The position numbers and the translations under genes were made by a program. The notes under the pieces were generated by a model, which did no database searches, had not been told where the DNA came from, and saw only the letters and a program-made list of their open reading frames with translations. Of a stretch of 60,427 bases of DNA, positions 1 to 12,699 are shown in pieces. This stretch comes from Basidiobolus meristosporus CBS 931.73 (lineage: Eukaryota > Fungi > Basidiobolomycota): the NCBI GenBank assembly GCA_002104905.1, contig MCFE01000541.1, positions 1 through 60,427 on the forward strand, read 5' to 3'. The stretch's first letter is position 1, and the number at the start of each line of letters is the position of its first letter.

Positions 1-159
1 TTGGATCATAGCTTATGGACTTTTCTACTTCCTACCTTAGTTCAGTGTTGGTATTTACTCCAAAATGCATCAAACTTATTAGACGAGAATTCTCGGAGTT
101 ATCCAAAAGCCCTTGAGTATTATGTACATGTTCTTGGGATAAACAGATTTAGCAGTATT

Positions 160-508
160 TGTTGTAAAAATTTGTCATTGCACCTAACTATTCACCTAAC
201 TTAGTCACTTAGATCATCACCTATAAATCTTAGAGAATTCTGACCAAATTCCTTGTCAGGATTTACTCCAAATATTTTCACCAAAACATTAGGTACCCAG
301 AACATGAGATTTTTCAAAGTTGTCCAAGCAGCCCCAAACTTTGCACACATGCTCTTGGGACTTTCCTAAGCATATTATACATGTTTGTATCTCTTAGGCC
401 ATGTAATAGTATAAGTACTACTTTTACATTCAACAAATCATTATGTGAAAACTACATAATCTACTTGTTCTCCAAATCACTTCCAATATCTCCAAGACTC
501 TTACAACA
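160..508 (+). mobile_element. Solo LTR of copia family C (349 bp), inserted in an older LTR-like sequence
   Basis: TGTTG...CAACA termini. Same sequence as the LTRs at 10761, 57264, 58397 and 59284. Flanks GTATT/GTGCT look like a decayed 5-bp TSD. Confidence 0.85.
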
Positions 509-1004
509 GTGCTAAGATTGCTCTTTGGAAAGCTTGTGGTATGATACAAATGACCATGCAAGCTTCATGATGTATACAGAGAAGATTCCTAGTCAGCATC
601 AGAATAACAGGTTGTACTTATTATAAATTTTGTATAACACCTAGATATACACTTAACTTGCCTTAAGAAAAAAACTAACAAAAGGCCAGCCAAATACTCT
701 GACAACATAAACTGAATTCCTACTTTCCCAATAGTGATAACTCTCAACATCCCAGGAATTAGCTTCACAGCAGACAAGTAGACATCCTTTTTAGGGGAGA
801 CTAGGCCAACTAGCAATCATACTAAACTTGGTAATCCACTGCTCATTGCTTTCATCAAAAATTGCCACTGAAAATTTGGAGCTGAAACACCAGCTGAATA
901 CTGGCTAAAAATCCCATGATTTCCAGCTTTGAGATTTTTGATAGGATTAGTCACTTGGTGAGTTCTAAACAACAACTTGGACAGAGTTCCTCAAGATCTG
1001 TAAG

Positions 1005-1900
1005 TTGTAATATTTTGAGGAGTATTGGAAGTGATGCAGAGAACTAGAGGATTCACATGATATTCACTTGTAGGTATATTGATCAAAAGTATTTGATTTA
1101 TACTTTTGATAAAGTAAAACAGGTAAACATGTAAAGAGTGCTAATAAAGGTCCCAAGAATGTGTGTGCAAAGCTTGAGGTCTTTTGGACAACTTTGACAG
1201 AGGTCACAATCTGAGCACCTGATAATTTGGTGAAAATATGTCCAATAAACCCCAACAAGAAATTTGGTCATCACAGAATGCTAATCACAGAATAAGATCT
1301 ATGTGACCAAGTTAGAATGAAATGCTGTGACAGCTTAATAATAATAACACTGTAGACTACAACCTAAGAATACTTCACTGCACATTCAGGTACCTAGTGT
1401 TTTAAATCTTGTAATTGTTCCTAAATACTCATCCAACTTAGTCACTTGAGTTATAGTCTACAGATTTAGATAGTTCTGCCCAAATTCCTTATTTGGGCTT
1501 TCTTGGGATACTTACACCAAAAATCTGGGTACTCACAATATGAAATATTGCAGAGTTTTTCAAATATACTTTAGCCTTGTACACATGCTCTTGGGACCTT
1601 CCTAAGCAAATTTTATGTGCTTATATCGCTAAGGCCATGTAGAAGTATAAATATTACTTATGCATCCAATTAGTCAATATGCGCAAAACTCTCACAACAC
1701 CTAGAACATGAAGAATAATTGGTTGTTCACAGACCTCCAAATGTTGTGCACATGCTTTAGGTATTGCAATGATTTGTATTTCAACCTAAATACTCACCCA
1801 ACTTAGTCACCTAGATCATTATTCTCTAGGGTTTGATAATAAAGATCTAAGTGACTAAGTCAGGTGGATATTTAGCTGGAATTACAAATTTTTACAACAA
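1005..1900. repeat. Cluster of diverged family-C-like LTR remnants in both orientations
   Basis: Recognisable LTR blocks (ggtcccaagaatgtgtgtgcaaag, cttagtcac, gatctaagtgactaagt...ttacaaca). Boundaries approximate. Confidence 0.55.
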
Positions 1901-3419
1901 AAGTAAGTACACCACTCTTACATTCAGTGAATTGTTGAGTAGAAATGATATGATTTACTTGCTCCCCCTATCACTTGCAAAATCTCCAAAACACTTACAG
2001 TAGTAACAGCACATTAAAAGTCAAAAGAACTATATGGTTGTAGTAAGTTGCCCTTACTACTATTGCATATTAGCATCCTTAGTACCACCCAGAGCTCTGA
2101 ATATAATTGGTGGGAATATATCTACTACTAACAGCTGAAGTGCAAAGCCCTAAGTGATAAATAACTCGGCTACAGAAGCAATTAGGGATACTAATCAGTC
2201 CTGTGGTATTCATAGTATAATATATTAAGTGTAAAAGTAGTAATTTGTTTGCAAGCTATTTCAGAGTAGGTATTGAGTATTTTTAATGTGACTTCAATAG
2301 CAGATGGATAATGTATACGATATATTATATTTTATAAACCAGTATTAAGATGAAAAATACTCCCAAATGAATCCCAACAGAGTTTGATCAGAGTATAGTA
2401 TAATCCATGGATATCCATGTATATACTTGGGTGGAAACATCAGGTCTATAACAGTCAATGTCATGTCATAAATGCTAGTACAAGGTATACTTGGACTTAT
2501 CAGTACACTCTTGAGACCAGTTTGAGTATTTAGAAGCAACCACTATTCTACTCAATAGATTGAGGTAAGCCACAATATTTATGGCTCTGAGTGAGCATGG
2601 TGAGATGAGAAAAATACTGGGCTAGGGTCCAGGAAGCTTTATGTAAAGTTTGGGGCCCTTCAGGTGTATCTACGATTTGAGGTAACTAACGGCATATCCA
2701 CTGTGCCAAAGAATTAGTGATTTTCCAAAATCAATTGGGAGTCAACAAATCATCGTTTCAGAAAAATAAAAATATTTTATGCACATGAATGGTTAAGTGC
2801 TGAACTAATTATCTGCCACAGGCCCTAGCATCCGAATCGCCATATACGGGATAAGCCTGCAGTGAAAAGGCATGAATGTTGTTAAAATATCTAAGAAAAC
2901 TCCAATATTCTAATTCACACCATGGTATTAAGTAAACGTAAATTATGTACCTTTTAGCGGAACTTCATGTAAATAGCCTTCAGAGTGTATTATAGGAGGT
3001 CGTAGAAAGCTATGCAAATGGCTGTTGGACAACTTGGAAAGTTTCTATATGTTAATTCTTTGATAATTCTGAGGAATAGATAAGATCTTTCAAGATATGC
3101 AAAACAAGATTCAATGAGTAATTAAGTAAGCACAACAGGCCAAGATCACGAAGCCCTTGCAGATATTGCATTATTGATTCCAAAGCATCTAATGACCTAT
3201 ACAGGGCCAACTATTTACCCTGCTCTCATGTTGTAAGATTCCACAGGATTAAGATAAACCTAAATGCAAGTATTTGGAAAATTCAAGTTGAAATGTCTGG
3301 AATCTCTAGAAACACATCAACAACATTATGCACGATCGTATCCAATAACAGCCAAGCCCACTCCCCCTGAATTGCTTTGCACTAACGTAACTTCTTGATC
3401 TCCCGTATCGAACATTAAC

Positions 3420-5540
3420 AGATCAATGCCTGACCTTCGTCAATACCGCGAACTCTTGCTGGTCACCTATACATTTAGGCAATAACATTTCATCTTACCC
3501 GAAACCCACCGAATTGTTTATGTTTGGGCACCAGATCATGCATATACAGGTCGATTCAGGATTTGAATGCAGTAATGGGCCAACTTATCTTAACCGGTCC
3601 ACATTCAGCCAGCTAGGAGTTCCATCACCATGAGGCAAGATGGTTAACGCTGAATCCCCCCAAAAGAACTTGCCGAAACTACCGTTCGTACCAGGGTTGT
3701 GTGCGCTAAACGCCACCACTGCTACTTCGCATACTGGGCTTTGTACCGCCATTGCGACAATCGAACCAGCCAGCCATGCAAGTGCCAGGGTAACCCAACT
3801 AGATCAGTGCATCGTGAGAGGTGGCCAGCGGGGATAACAAATAAATTCCGATCACTTGAAGCATCCTGTAGGAGTTGCGCAGTTTGGGAAGCAAAACAGA
3901 ATCGTTGGGTTGAAGATTACGATTTGATTACGAGGTTGGCTCATCGGAACCCGTCGTCTCACGTCATCCTCGCCAATACCGGACGGAGATTCCATTCTGG
4001 TACCTTTGATATGAACACATCACCTCATCACCTCATCACGTCACACAAATAAGGTTGTGCTCATCTGGAGATCACAGCTTTTGGTGCATGGGAGCTCTAC
4101 AGAGGTTCCAAAGAGAGGCCACGGGGAGCATGCAGAGAACATAGGGAACCGGTTAGGAACCTATAGAATCCGGTATTTTCTCGAATCTCGGCGCACAAAT
4201 CAATTGGTGTACACGGCCATCCAACAGGAAATCTTGCTCAGTGGCGTCCACAAACTGGGACTGGCTCAGCACTTGGCATCGATCCAATTCCTTAGGGGAG
4301 TGCGGGAACCGGATTTTAATGGACATTGAGAGGTGGTGTGGCCTCCGTACGCACTTGATTCGTGTCTAGTCAGACAATGATTGAATTGGAACGACATTTG
4401 CCTCCTCGCCCACCCGCTCGATGCCCCATCACAAATCGACATCATTTCCATTTTCATTTCTAGGCTGAACTCTCGAGAGGCAACAGCTGTCTCTCCTTAG
4501 CCGGACTAGCAGAAGCGGGTGTTCTGCCGGCATCGTCCCATTCACCCCATAGCTCTATGGGAGATCGCTATATGCACCGTACTCAGATATGAAGATTGGT
4601 CTATGAGCTCAAATGAAATCCCTACCCACCCCGTACAATGCGGTACTCCCCAACCCAATAAAAAAGAAATCCAACCTCGATATATCCAATTCCCAACGTA
4701 CAACCTGCGTTCTGGTTTGGACATTGATCATCGAGTATGTAAGCTCATCCTGGATTCCCCAGGAGGTGAACCTTCTATACCTAATGCAAACGATGGCCGT
4801 ATTCGTCTGGAAAATTGGCCCAAACCCCCTCGTTCTGGAAAACGCGAACGTTGAGACTGGGGAGATGATCAAACCGAAGCAGAGCCCAACTGCCAAGCGC
4901 ACCGCATGCCTCGCTCATTCGGCACTGCACTGAGACGTGTTCACCAGTCAAGATCGGCTTGGTTGGAGGTAGTGCTGTGGTGTGGCCTGTGGATGGATCG
5001 AGCTAGCGAATCCTCCCAAAGTGGTGAGGCTCCAGTGTTACCACTCTCGCTGGGATTGGACATGCTCGAAATGTAGGTTTCATCAATCTGACAATGTCCA
5101 GATTGACGCCAAGATAATGGGGGGAATCACATGAACACCGCATTCTTCCTTAATTGGAAGATTCCGATCAACCCGTTTGGGACATGGATCACGGTTTCGA
5201 CCGATTCTATAGAGATCTCGAAATCTTAGATCACACATGATCCATGGAAATTCGGGTGCTTTGACCGGAAAATCTGGTCTCTTGATACCTGATCATAGCG
5301 GGTATGATGCTCTCATCGGCGTACGGAGATATCAACCGTTCTCTGAGACAGATTGGCGATGTCTAGACTCCACTCATTCCATCCCTTCCTGCCATTTCAG
5401 TTCGCCACCCCTCACCCCATGCCCGAACCGATTGTCGTGTACACGTTGGTTGTTTCGGTGGCCGTATGTCATGTTGAAACCAAATTTAATGAGATGTGAC
5501 AACAACTGCGAAACGATGAATTACAACTGGAAACAATAAC
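3420..5540. CDS. Probable intron-rich host gene of unknown function; strand and exon model unresolved
   Basis: CpG-rich, non-repetitive, with several GT..AG intron-like segments and hydrophobic minus-strand frames (WVTLALAWLAGSIVAMA, AVGLCFGLIISPVSTFAF). No family recognised. Confidence 0.3.
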
Positions 5541-6007
5541 AGAGGGTGGATGTATCAGCTCAATATGCTACTAATATAATGCTGGCCAGATCGGCTGGAC
5601 TATTCATCGGTAAAATATCGGTGACTCACAATATACTGTCAAAAAAGTATTACACATGTATCGCTTAGAAATTGTAGGAAAAACCAGCAGAGCTTGTGGT
5701 GTTAGACTCAGGAGCCTGTGGAGGACATACGATGCCTAATGGAGGGTGTAGAGCCTGTGTTGTATCACCAGCTCCAAAAATCTGAACAAAGAGATAGTAC
5801 GAATTGACATACACCATGAGTGTACGTTGAAAGAGTCCAGTGACGAATGTGGCTCTTCTATTTACAATAACATCTGAGAAGTAAACGAATCAAGAAGATA
5901 ATGGGAACGTGAACATCGATATAGACCAAAAGATTAAATAAAAAATGGCACCGACTACAGCGGAAAGAGAAACTAGTATCGCGTTGTTGGTTGTGAGCAA
6001 CATATGT

Positions 6008-7332
6008 TTAAGAGAGTAAGAATGAGAGTGTTAGCTTCTTGTCGTCTATTTTCCCTTCTTTGGACTTGGCTGGTTCAGCAGCTTTCGAAGGTGTTTCACT
6101 CTTATGGCTGCTAACATGGTTGTATGTGTTGCTAATGGAGGTAGTGCCCGTTGTTGACGATTGGGATTCATTGAGCTTCAGATCTGCACCTCGATTTTTG
6201 ACAGCCTGCTGTGCTTCCTTCGCCTTTTTCTTCGAGAGCTTGGCCCAGACTGCGATAAGGGAATCAATAGGAATACGCATTGGTGACATGCTATTGCGGT
6301 AACTTACTCAGTCCACATGCGTTACAAAGCGTCCTTGGGCCTGTAATGAGAGGAAAGTCTTAGTTTGGGGAACGAATATCATGTTGTAGGTGCGACATAC
6401 CAAGAGGTCCCTTTCTCCACTCGGGTGTGTCTGTGCTAAATCATACAAAACCAGTAAGCCTGACCAATGAATATCCAAGAAAGCGGGAAGGAAAGTACCA
6501 GTTACACGAGTGGCAGTAGAGTTTAGCTTGGTTATTCTTGGTGCGTTTCTTTGAAGTAAAAGATTTGAGTGCTGAAAGGAAAATACGTGAGGTAGCACTT
6601 CATACTAACTTTTGGCTTTTCTGCGCTTTTAAGTGGAGAGGGAGAGTGCTTAGGAGAAGTCTGAAATACAGAGCTTACATAAGTGAACTGAGAAATGAAC
6701 TTCTACAATATCGAACGGCCGAACTTTTTTCTCTGCTTCAAGGAACACGTCATACAAGGCTCTAGCTGAATCTACAAGTTGGTTGATATTGTCGACATCG
6801 GAACGATCGAAAGTGCTCAGAATTCCAACAATACTATCGCATTTATTTGATATCTATGGGGAAAAGAAAAGTGGTGTGAACGTTGGCATGCCAGTCTCTT
6901 GATATATAGGGCACATACCTCTATGTAATGATTGGGAGTGAGATGAAACTGAGGCTCTGAACTGTAGGCAATTTCTTTGGACGTATATGGAGAAGAGTAC
7001 TTCCTGTTTTCTCCGCCTGCCTCTTCGAATACTCTGCTTTGTGTGAATGAGTGCTGTTGAGAAGGAGTCAGCAGAGAGCGTTGATAGTTGTAATCCATAG
7101 TGGTAGCCGGAGGTGGGGGGAATGATTTAGAGATATTGGGATGGCCACGGGAAAAAGGAGTGGGGAAGGCACTGGATGGGAGGTTACGGGATGTCAAGTG
7201 TTGATTTAGAAGGCTAGGATGTGGTGGTGGGCAAGAATATCCATTTGAGTACGAAGTATATTCAGAAGAGATATTTGAGATGGGGGAATCGTAACCGTAT
7301 GGCCTCTTGTGAGATACAGGAGAATAGGACAT
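6008..7332 (-). CDS. GATA zinc-finger transcription factor (CX2CX18CX2C class), spliced
   Basis: Removing GT-AG introns at ~6436-6498, 6341-6400 and 6250-6307 gives [38 protein letters not shown]. ATG at 7332 (MSYSPVSHK...), S/P-rich N-terminus, stop TAA at 6008-6010. Two upstream introns; one has alternative models around 6572-6700. Confidence 0.92.
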
Positions 7333-7799
7333 AACGACCCAAGAATATGAAATATAACACAGAGACAAGGAAAGAAGAACAGAGTAGAGAGGAGAAGGAG
7401 AAAATGAAGGTAGGAAGAGATCAAGCAGGAATAGAATGCTATAAAATAAACCGTACAAGATCAGATGCTTTCAAACTCCCAGTTGGGCCATCAATGAACC
7501 GAGTTTAAGCAGTGGTTCATATTAGAGGGAACCGTTATTAATGTCAATTTAGTATAGCTTTTTATCAAGCCCTGGTCATGAAACACTGAATCTAAAATCT
7601 AAACAATAAGAATTACTCATAAATCAGGCATGGCATATAGCCAGATTCACGAAGATAAGCAGATGCTCAGTGGTGACACATGGTTTTACTCCAGTATGGA
7701 AACTACCTGGCACCACCTCTACAATAATCAAGCCAGATCCCCGATATGTTCTGTTACATCGAGGCAGCAGTGATTGGACACCTTAAGGTAGATATATTG

Positions 7800-9830
7800 T
7801 ATGGAGCAAGATAAGTTCTACTCCCAATAAACTCTAGGTGAATCAGAGGCTAATTTAGTAAGTCGGATAGTACAATGCGATCAATAGTCTCGTCCAGGGC
7901 ACCCTGGCCATAGACCCGAATACTCTTCCAATAGAACGATACGCTAGCAAGGAAACCAATCCGGTAATCAAACACGATGATTCATACGATGGGTGGCAGA
8001 CATGATTGGGATCAGCGAATTTAAGAGCAGAATCAATTCAATCGAATGCACCTGTGGAAGCCAACACATAGTCGCCGCCTGTATTGGTTCCGGCGGGTTT
8101 CAAGCCCAAGCAGTGAGCAGATAGCACTCCATGGGTCGGAGGGACGCAGGCAGCAACGGTACAGACCGGATTCCAGACGAGGTCGGGTTAATGCTGCTTC
8201 CAACCAAGCTTTGTCCCACCCGATCCATTTCCTGAACGACGGGCAGATCACTGGACATATTGCGTCCCGTATAAAATGGGAAACAATCCGACCAGAATCC
8301 CTCATGAAGCCCTAAATTACCAGATTTGGATGACGAGATCAAGATAGCATCAGTGAACTAAGATCTCAGTCTAGCAGATGAGCCATTTTGGTATCCACAT
8401 GAAGACCAGATTGCACAGCACCTACCCACACGCCACTAAATGATAGGAATAAATTCATTGCGGATTCCGAAGAGAATTCGTTGAGCATGGTGGAATGGTG
8501 ATTTGTGTGTCACATTGTCCAAAAAACTTTATTCAGCCATTCGGCCTAGATGGGGCCGAGTGTTCACGTTTAGGAATGAGGAACGCCCAGAAATGACGGC
8601 GAGGATCCGCAGCCTCCAATAGATTCGATGCACCGGGATCTAATGAACCAGGGGATCATGGATACGTATCATACTGATAATCCATCTCTGATATAGCCTC
8701 CATTGCATCGGCTGGCTACTCCACATTGCAAATGGGCACCATCCTAGCGCCCGGCGATGCATTTGATGGTGGATTTAATACGCTCACGACGAGCAGGGAA
8801 GGGTGGTTTCACAGGGCGATTGCGGAAGTCCTCTCCGAAGGCGCGGATAGCCAACGTGGGTCTTTGCGGGTGGATCCAGGAGCACCCCAAGAGCCATCGA
8901 CCAGTGCCTGGTGGATTTGCATATATGAGCATGTACATTACCATCCTACTTGCCCAACTATCTTTATCTCTCCCTGGGCGGGATGCATGGATGGGGTTGC
9001 CCTCATTAGGAAACTCGTGCAAATTTGCACTCAACGACAACCCCGCGGCGCAAGTGTGACTAAGTTTTGTAATTCGAGGTGATGGTGCTTTGAGAAGGCT
9101 AATACCTGCGGCGCAGAGTGCTGCTGGAGGTGCGGGTTTGATTGGGCGAGTGTGCTGACGTATGAGCAAGTGGTGAGGCTCTTGAACCAAGCCCTGCTGT
9201 TTTGGTCGGGTTGATAACTGGCTGTTTTGCCCATTACCAGGCACAGATATAGATGGATATCAATTATAGTGTACCGCGCGAACACAAACCTATAGTTTGG
9301 CATGGAGCGATGCCGCCCAAGGGGAATATCAATGGCTGATCTGCTATTACCGGTGCCGCTCTGATGTATTCAAGGCCCAATGAAGATGTGATGTTACATT
9401 TATGCTGAACCAAGATTCAGATCACCCAGCATGCTTTTGTCCTTATGGATGCCAAATAGTGGGGGTGACGGCTACGTGATATCTGATCTCTTTGTATTTC
9501 ATACATTAAATCCAGCTGCCGACCACCTAGTGCTAAAAGGTATGGGCGCTTGGAATGGCTGCTGCGTTTCAGTCTTATTCGCCCCGAGTACATCAGGCTG
9601 CTTTGAATCTGCGAAATCTAAGAATATGAACAATCGGAGAGGCATCAGTATAATCACGATGTGGGACATCAACCCAAATATGCTCCGCATCTTGGTTGTA
9701 GATATTCTCACTGAACCAAGTACAATGTTTCAGGTAGGCTTGGTATGTGTATTCCACCCAGAAGACTTGAATGTCATTCACCTTACAATTGTATTCGAAG
9801 ATGTCAATCGCAGCCTAATAATTGGGGGTT
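7800..9830. CDS. Probable second host gene of unknown function; model unresolved
   Basis: CpG-rich unique sequence with long open frames (minus 8744-9244, plus 8726-9082) and intron-like segments. No motif recognised. Confidence 0.3.
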
Positions 9831-9910
9831 CTTACTTCTGCTATGAACATTTGTACAGAACTAATGAACAACAGGCTTCCAAACATATGAAAATTATTAT
9901 GCTTGTATTG

Positions 9911-10500
9911 AGTTGCAAATTCTGTTATTATACCTAAATAGTCACCCAACTTAGTTGCTTGGATCATAGTCTACAAATCTTGGAGAATTGTGCCCAAGCT
10001 CCATGCTGGGTTTCACTTGGAATACTTTTGCCATTCATCGGGTACCCATAGCATGAAAAATCACCAAGTTGTCCACACAGCCCTAAACCTTGCATACATG
10101 CTCATGGAGCATTTTCTAAATATGTTCTGTATGTCTGTTTAGCCAAGTCCATGCCAAAGTATCAATACTGCTTTTACATTGAATATAACATCAAGTCAAA
10201 AGATATGTTTTCTACTTGTTCTCCCTATCACTTTGAATATCTACATGAATCTTACAACAGGTAATGAGCACCATGTTGCTACTGTGGAATGTCTGCTACT
10301 GCTATTACTGGAAAATACACTCAGTATTAGCTCAAGCTCTTCCAATATATTCACTATGAAAAGTAACTGTGATGGTCCCATCAAAAGGCCACCACAAGAT
10401 TTAAATCCCATGACTAGAGGTATTGATGCATTTGGGACACCATGCAAAAACCATTTGAAAAAGTCTGACCTCAGATCTTGTTGTCAGAGTCATGGATATA
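9911..10500 (+). mobile_element. Copia family C 5' end: diverged LTR 9911-10259, PBS 10260-10271, degenerate gag start
   Basis: 349-bp LTR ending TTACAACA, then GGTAATGAGCAC, then a gag-like start (MSATAITG) homologous to that after 57625. Confidence 0.7.
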
Positions 10501-10501
10501 T

Positions 10502-10760
10502 TCAAAGTGATTGGGAGAACAAGTAGATTATGTGGTTTTCACATGGTGATTTATTGAGTGTAAAAGTAGTATATTTTGTAAGAGTCTCGGAGATATTGGA
10601 AGTGATTAGAAGAACAAGTAGATTATGTAGTTTTCACATAATGATTTATTGAATGTAAAAGTAGTATTTATACTCCTACATAGTCTTGGCATTAAAAACA
10701 CGCAGAATAGGTTAAGGAAAGCTCTAAGAACATGTGTGCTAAGTTTGGGGCTGTTTGGAC
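10502..10760 (-). repeat. Two truncated family-C LTR fragments, each cut by the next LTR
   Basis: LTR sequence restarts at ~10578 (tgtaagagtc) and again at 10761 (tgttgtaagagtc). Confidence 0.8.
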
Positions 10761-12620
10761 TGTTGTAAGAGTCTTGGAGATATTGGAAGTGATTGGGAGA
10801 ACAAGAAGATTATGTGGTTTTCACTTAATGATTTATTGAATGTACAAGTAGTATTTATACTTTTACATGGCCTTGGCATTAAAAACACGTAAAATAGGTT
10901 AAGGAAGGTCCCAAGAACATGTGTGCCAAGTTGGGGCTGTTTGGACAACTTTGAGAATTTTCATGTTCTGGGTACCTGGTATTTTGGTGAAAATATTGTA
11001 AGTAAATCCCAACAAGGAATTTGGTCAGTATTCTCTTGGATTTGAAGGTGATGATCTAAGTGACTAAGTTAGGTGAATATTTAGGTGGAATTACAAAATT
11101 TTACAACACTCCCACTCAGCTAAATGTTCATACTGACTAGTCCTAATTTTGACCTAAGATATTCAAACTTGTCTCTGGCTAATGGTTTGGTAAATATGTC
11201 TGCAATCATTTCATCTGTGGGTCAGTAAACTAAGCTAACTAAGTTATTCTCTATAGCTTCATGTATGAAATGATGTCTAATATCTATGTTCTTGGTTCTA
11301 GCATGAAAAGTTGGATTTCTACCTAATTGTATACATCCTTGATTATCTTGAAATAAAGTAACAGGCGTTTTTTGACATAGGCCTAAATCTGTAAAGAGCT
11401 TTCTTAGCCACATTGCTTCTTTTGTAGCTTCACAGGCTGACATATACACTGCCTCTGTGGTAGAAAGTGCTACGGTTGGTTGCTTTCTTGAATTCCATGA
11501 AATTGCTCCTTTACAGTAAAGAAAGGTGTATCCTGCGGTGGATCTTCTGTCTTCTAAATTTTGTCCCCAACCTGCATCAGAGTATCCCACAATATCTTGT
11601 TCTGAGTCCTTATAAGTGTATCTTAAGCAGATATCAGCAGATCCTTTTAGGTATCTAAAAATCCGCTTAACTGCTGCAATATGATCAGATCCATAGTTCT
11701 GATTATGTTGGCTGACAACTCCCACTGAATATGAGATATCTGGAAGTGTTCCAAGCATGATATATATCAGACTGCCAACCATAGATTGATAAGGAAAGTC
11801 AGGGCTTTCAGATGGCACCAAGCTCTCTTGATTTGGTTGAGTTTTGACCAAGTTAAGGTTTGTCTCCATTGGGGTAGCTGCCGGTTTACAGTCTTCCATT
11901 TGGTACCTCTTTAGTATATCTTGAATATACTTGGATTGGCTTAGGGTGATAGTCTGAGTACTTCTTTCTATGGAGAACTTAATCCCTAAGTAGTAACTAA
12001 GTTCTCCTAGATTGGACATCTTGAACTCCTTAGATAGGCTGGACTTAGTCTCTTCCAGTGTTTCTAGGTCATTTGCAGCTATAATAAGATCATCCACATA
12101 TAGAGCTAATAGAACTGGACTTGCTCTATCTGGCTTATAATATATACTATAGTCAGCATTACTCCTTCTGAAGCTCAAAGATTCCAAATAAGAATATATC
12201 TTGCAATTCCAGGCTCTTGGTGATTGTTTGAGACCATATAGTGACTTTTTAAGCTTGCAGACCAAATGGGGGTTATCTTAGTCAGCAAACCCATCAGGCT
12301 GGTCCATATACACGTCCTCATCAAGTTCTCCATTCAAAAATGCAGTTTTTACATCCATTTGATGAATAAAAAACTTATATTTGGCTGCAATAGCCAATAT
12401 TAATCTGATGGAATTAAACTTGGCTACTAGTGCAAAGGTCTCAGTATAGTCAAGTCCTTTTGTTTGAGAGTATCCTTTGGCTACAAGTCTTGCTTTGTAT
12501 CTTTCAATTGTACCATCAGCCTTGTATTTTGTCTTGAAGACCCATCTGCATCCAATTGATTTTTGGTTGATTGGTAATTTGACTAAGTCCCAAGTTTGAT
12601 TTTCCAAGTTTTGCAAATTT
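10761..12620 (-). mobile_element. Copia family C 3' part: 3' LTR 10761-11108, PPT, RNase H and RT (5'-truncated, stops)
   Basis: ORFs 11222-12265 and 12278-12616 with KARLVAKGYSQ, QMDVKTAFLNG, LYVDDL and KQPTVALSTTEA. Purine tract AGTGGGAG directly before the LTR. Confidence 0.95.
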
Positions 12621-12699
12621 TACAGCCAAATAGAGGGAGAAAACTTGACAACTTTTGATCAATGCTGTGACAATATTTGCATGGTATTGTTGCGGTCTT

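Noticed and set aside
2050-2700. Very old copia RT remnant on the plus strand
   Set aside because: Only scattered short matches; too weak to annotate by eye.
4490-4530. LAGLAEAGVLPA (plus strand) resembling the MFS motif LGLAEAG
   Set aside because: The flanking frames lack the expected transporter helices and hit stops, so I made no family call.
9431-9937. 168-aa plus-strand ORF as a gene
   Set aside because: No motif, it runs into the LTR, and equally open antisense frames exist.
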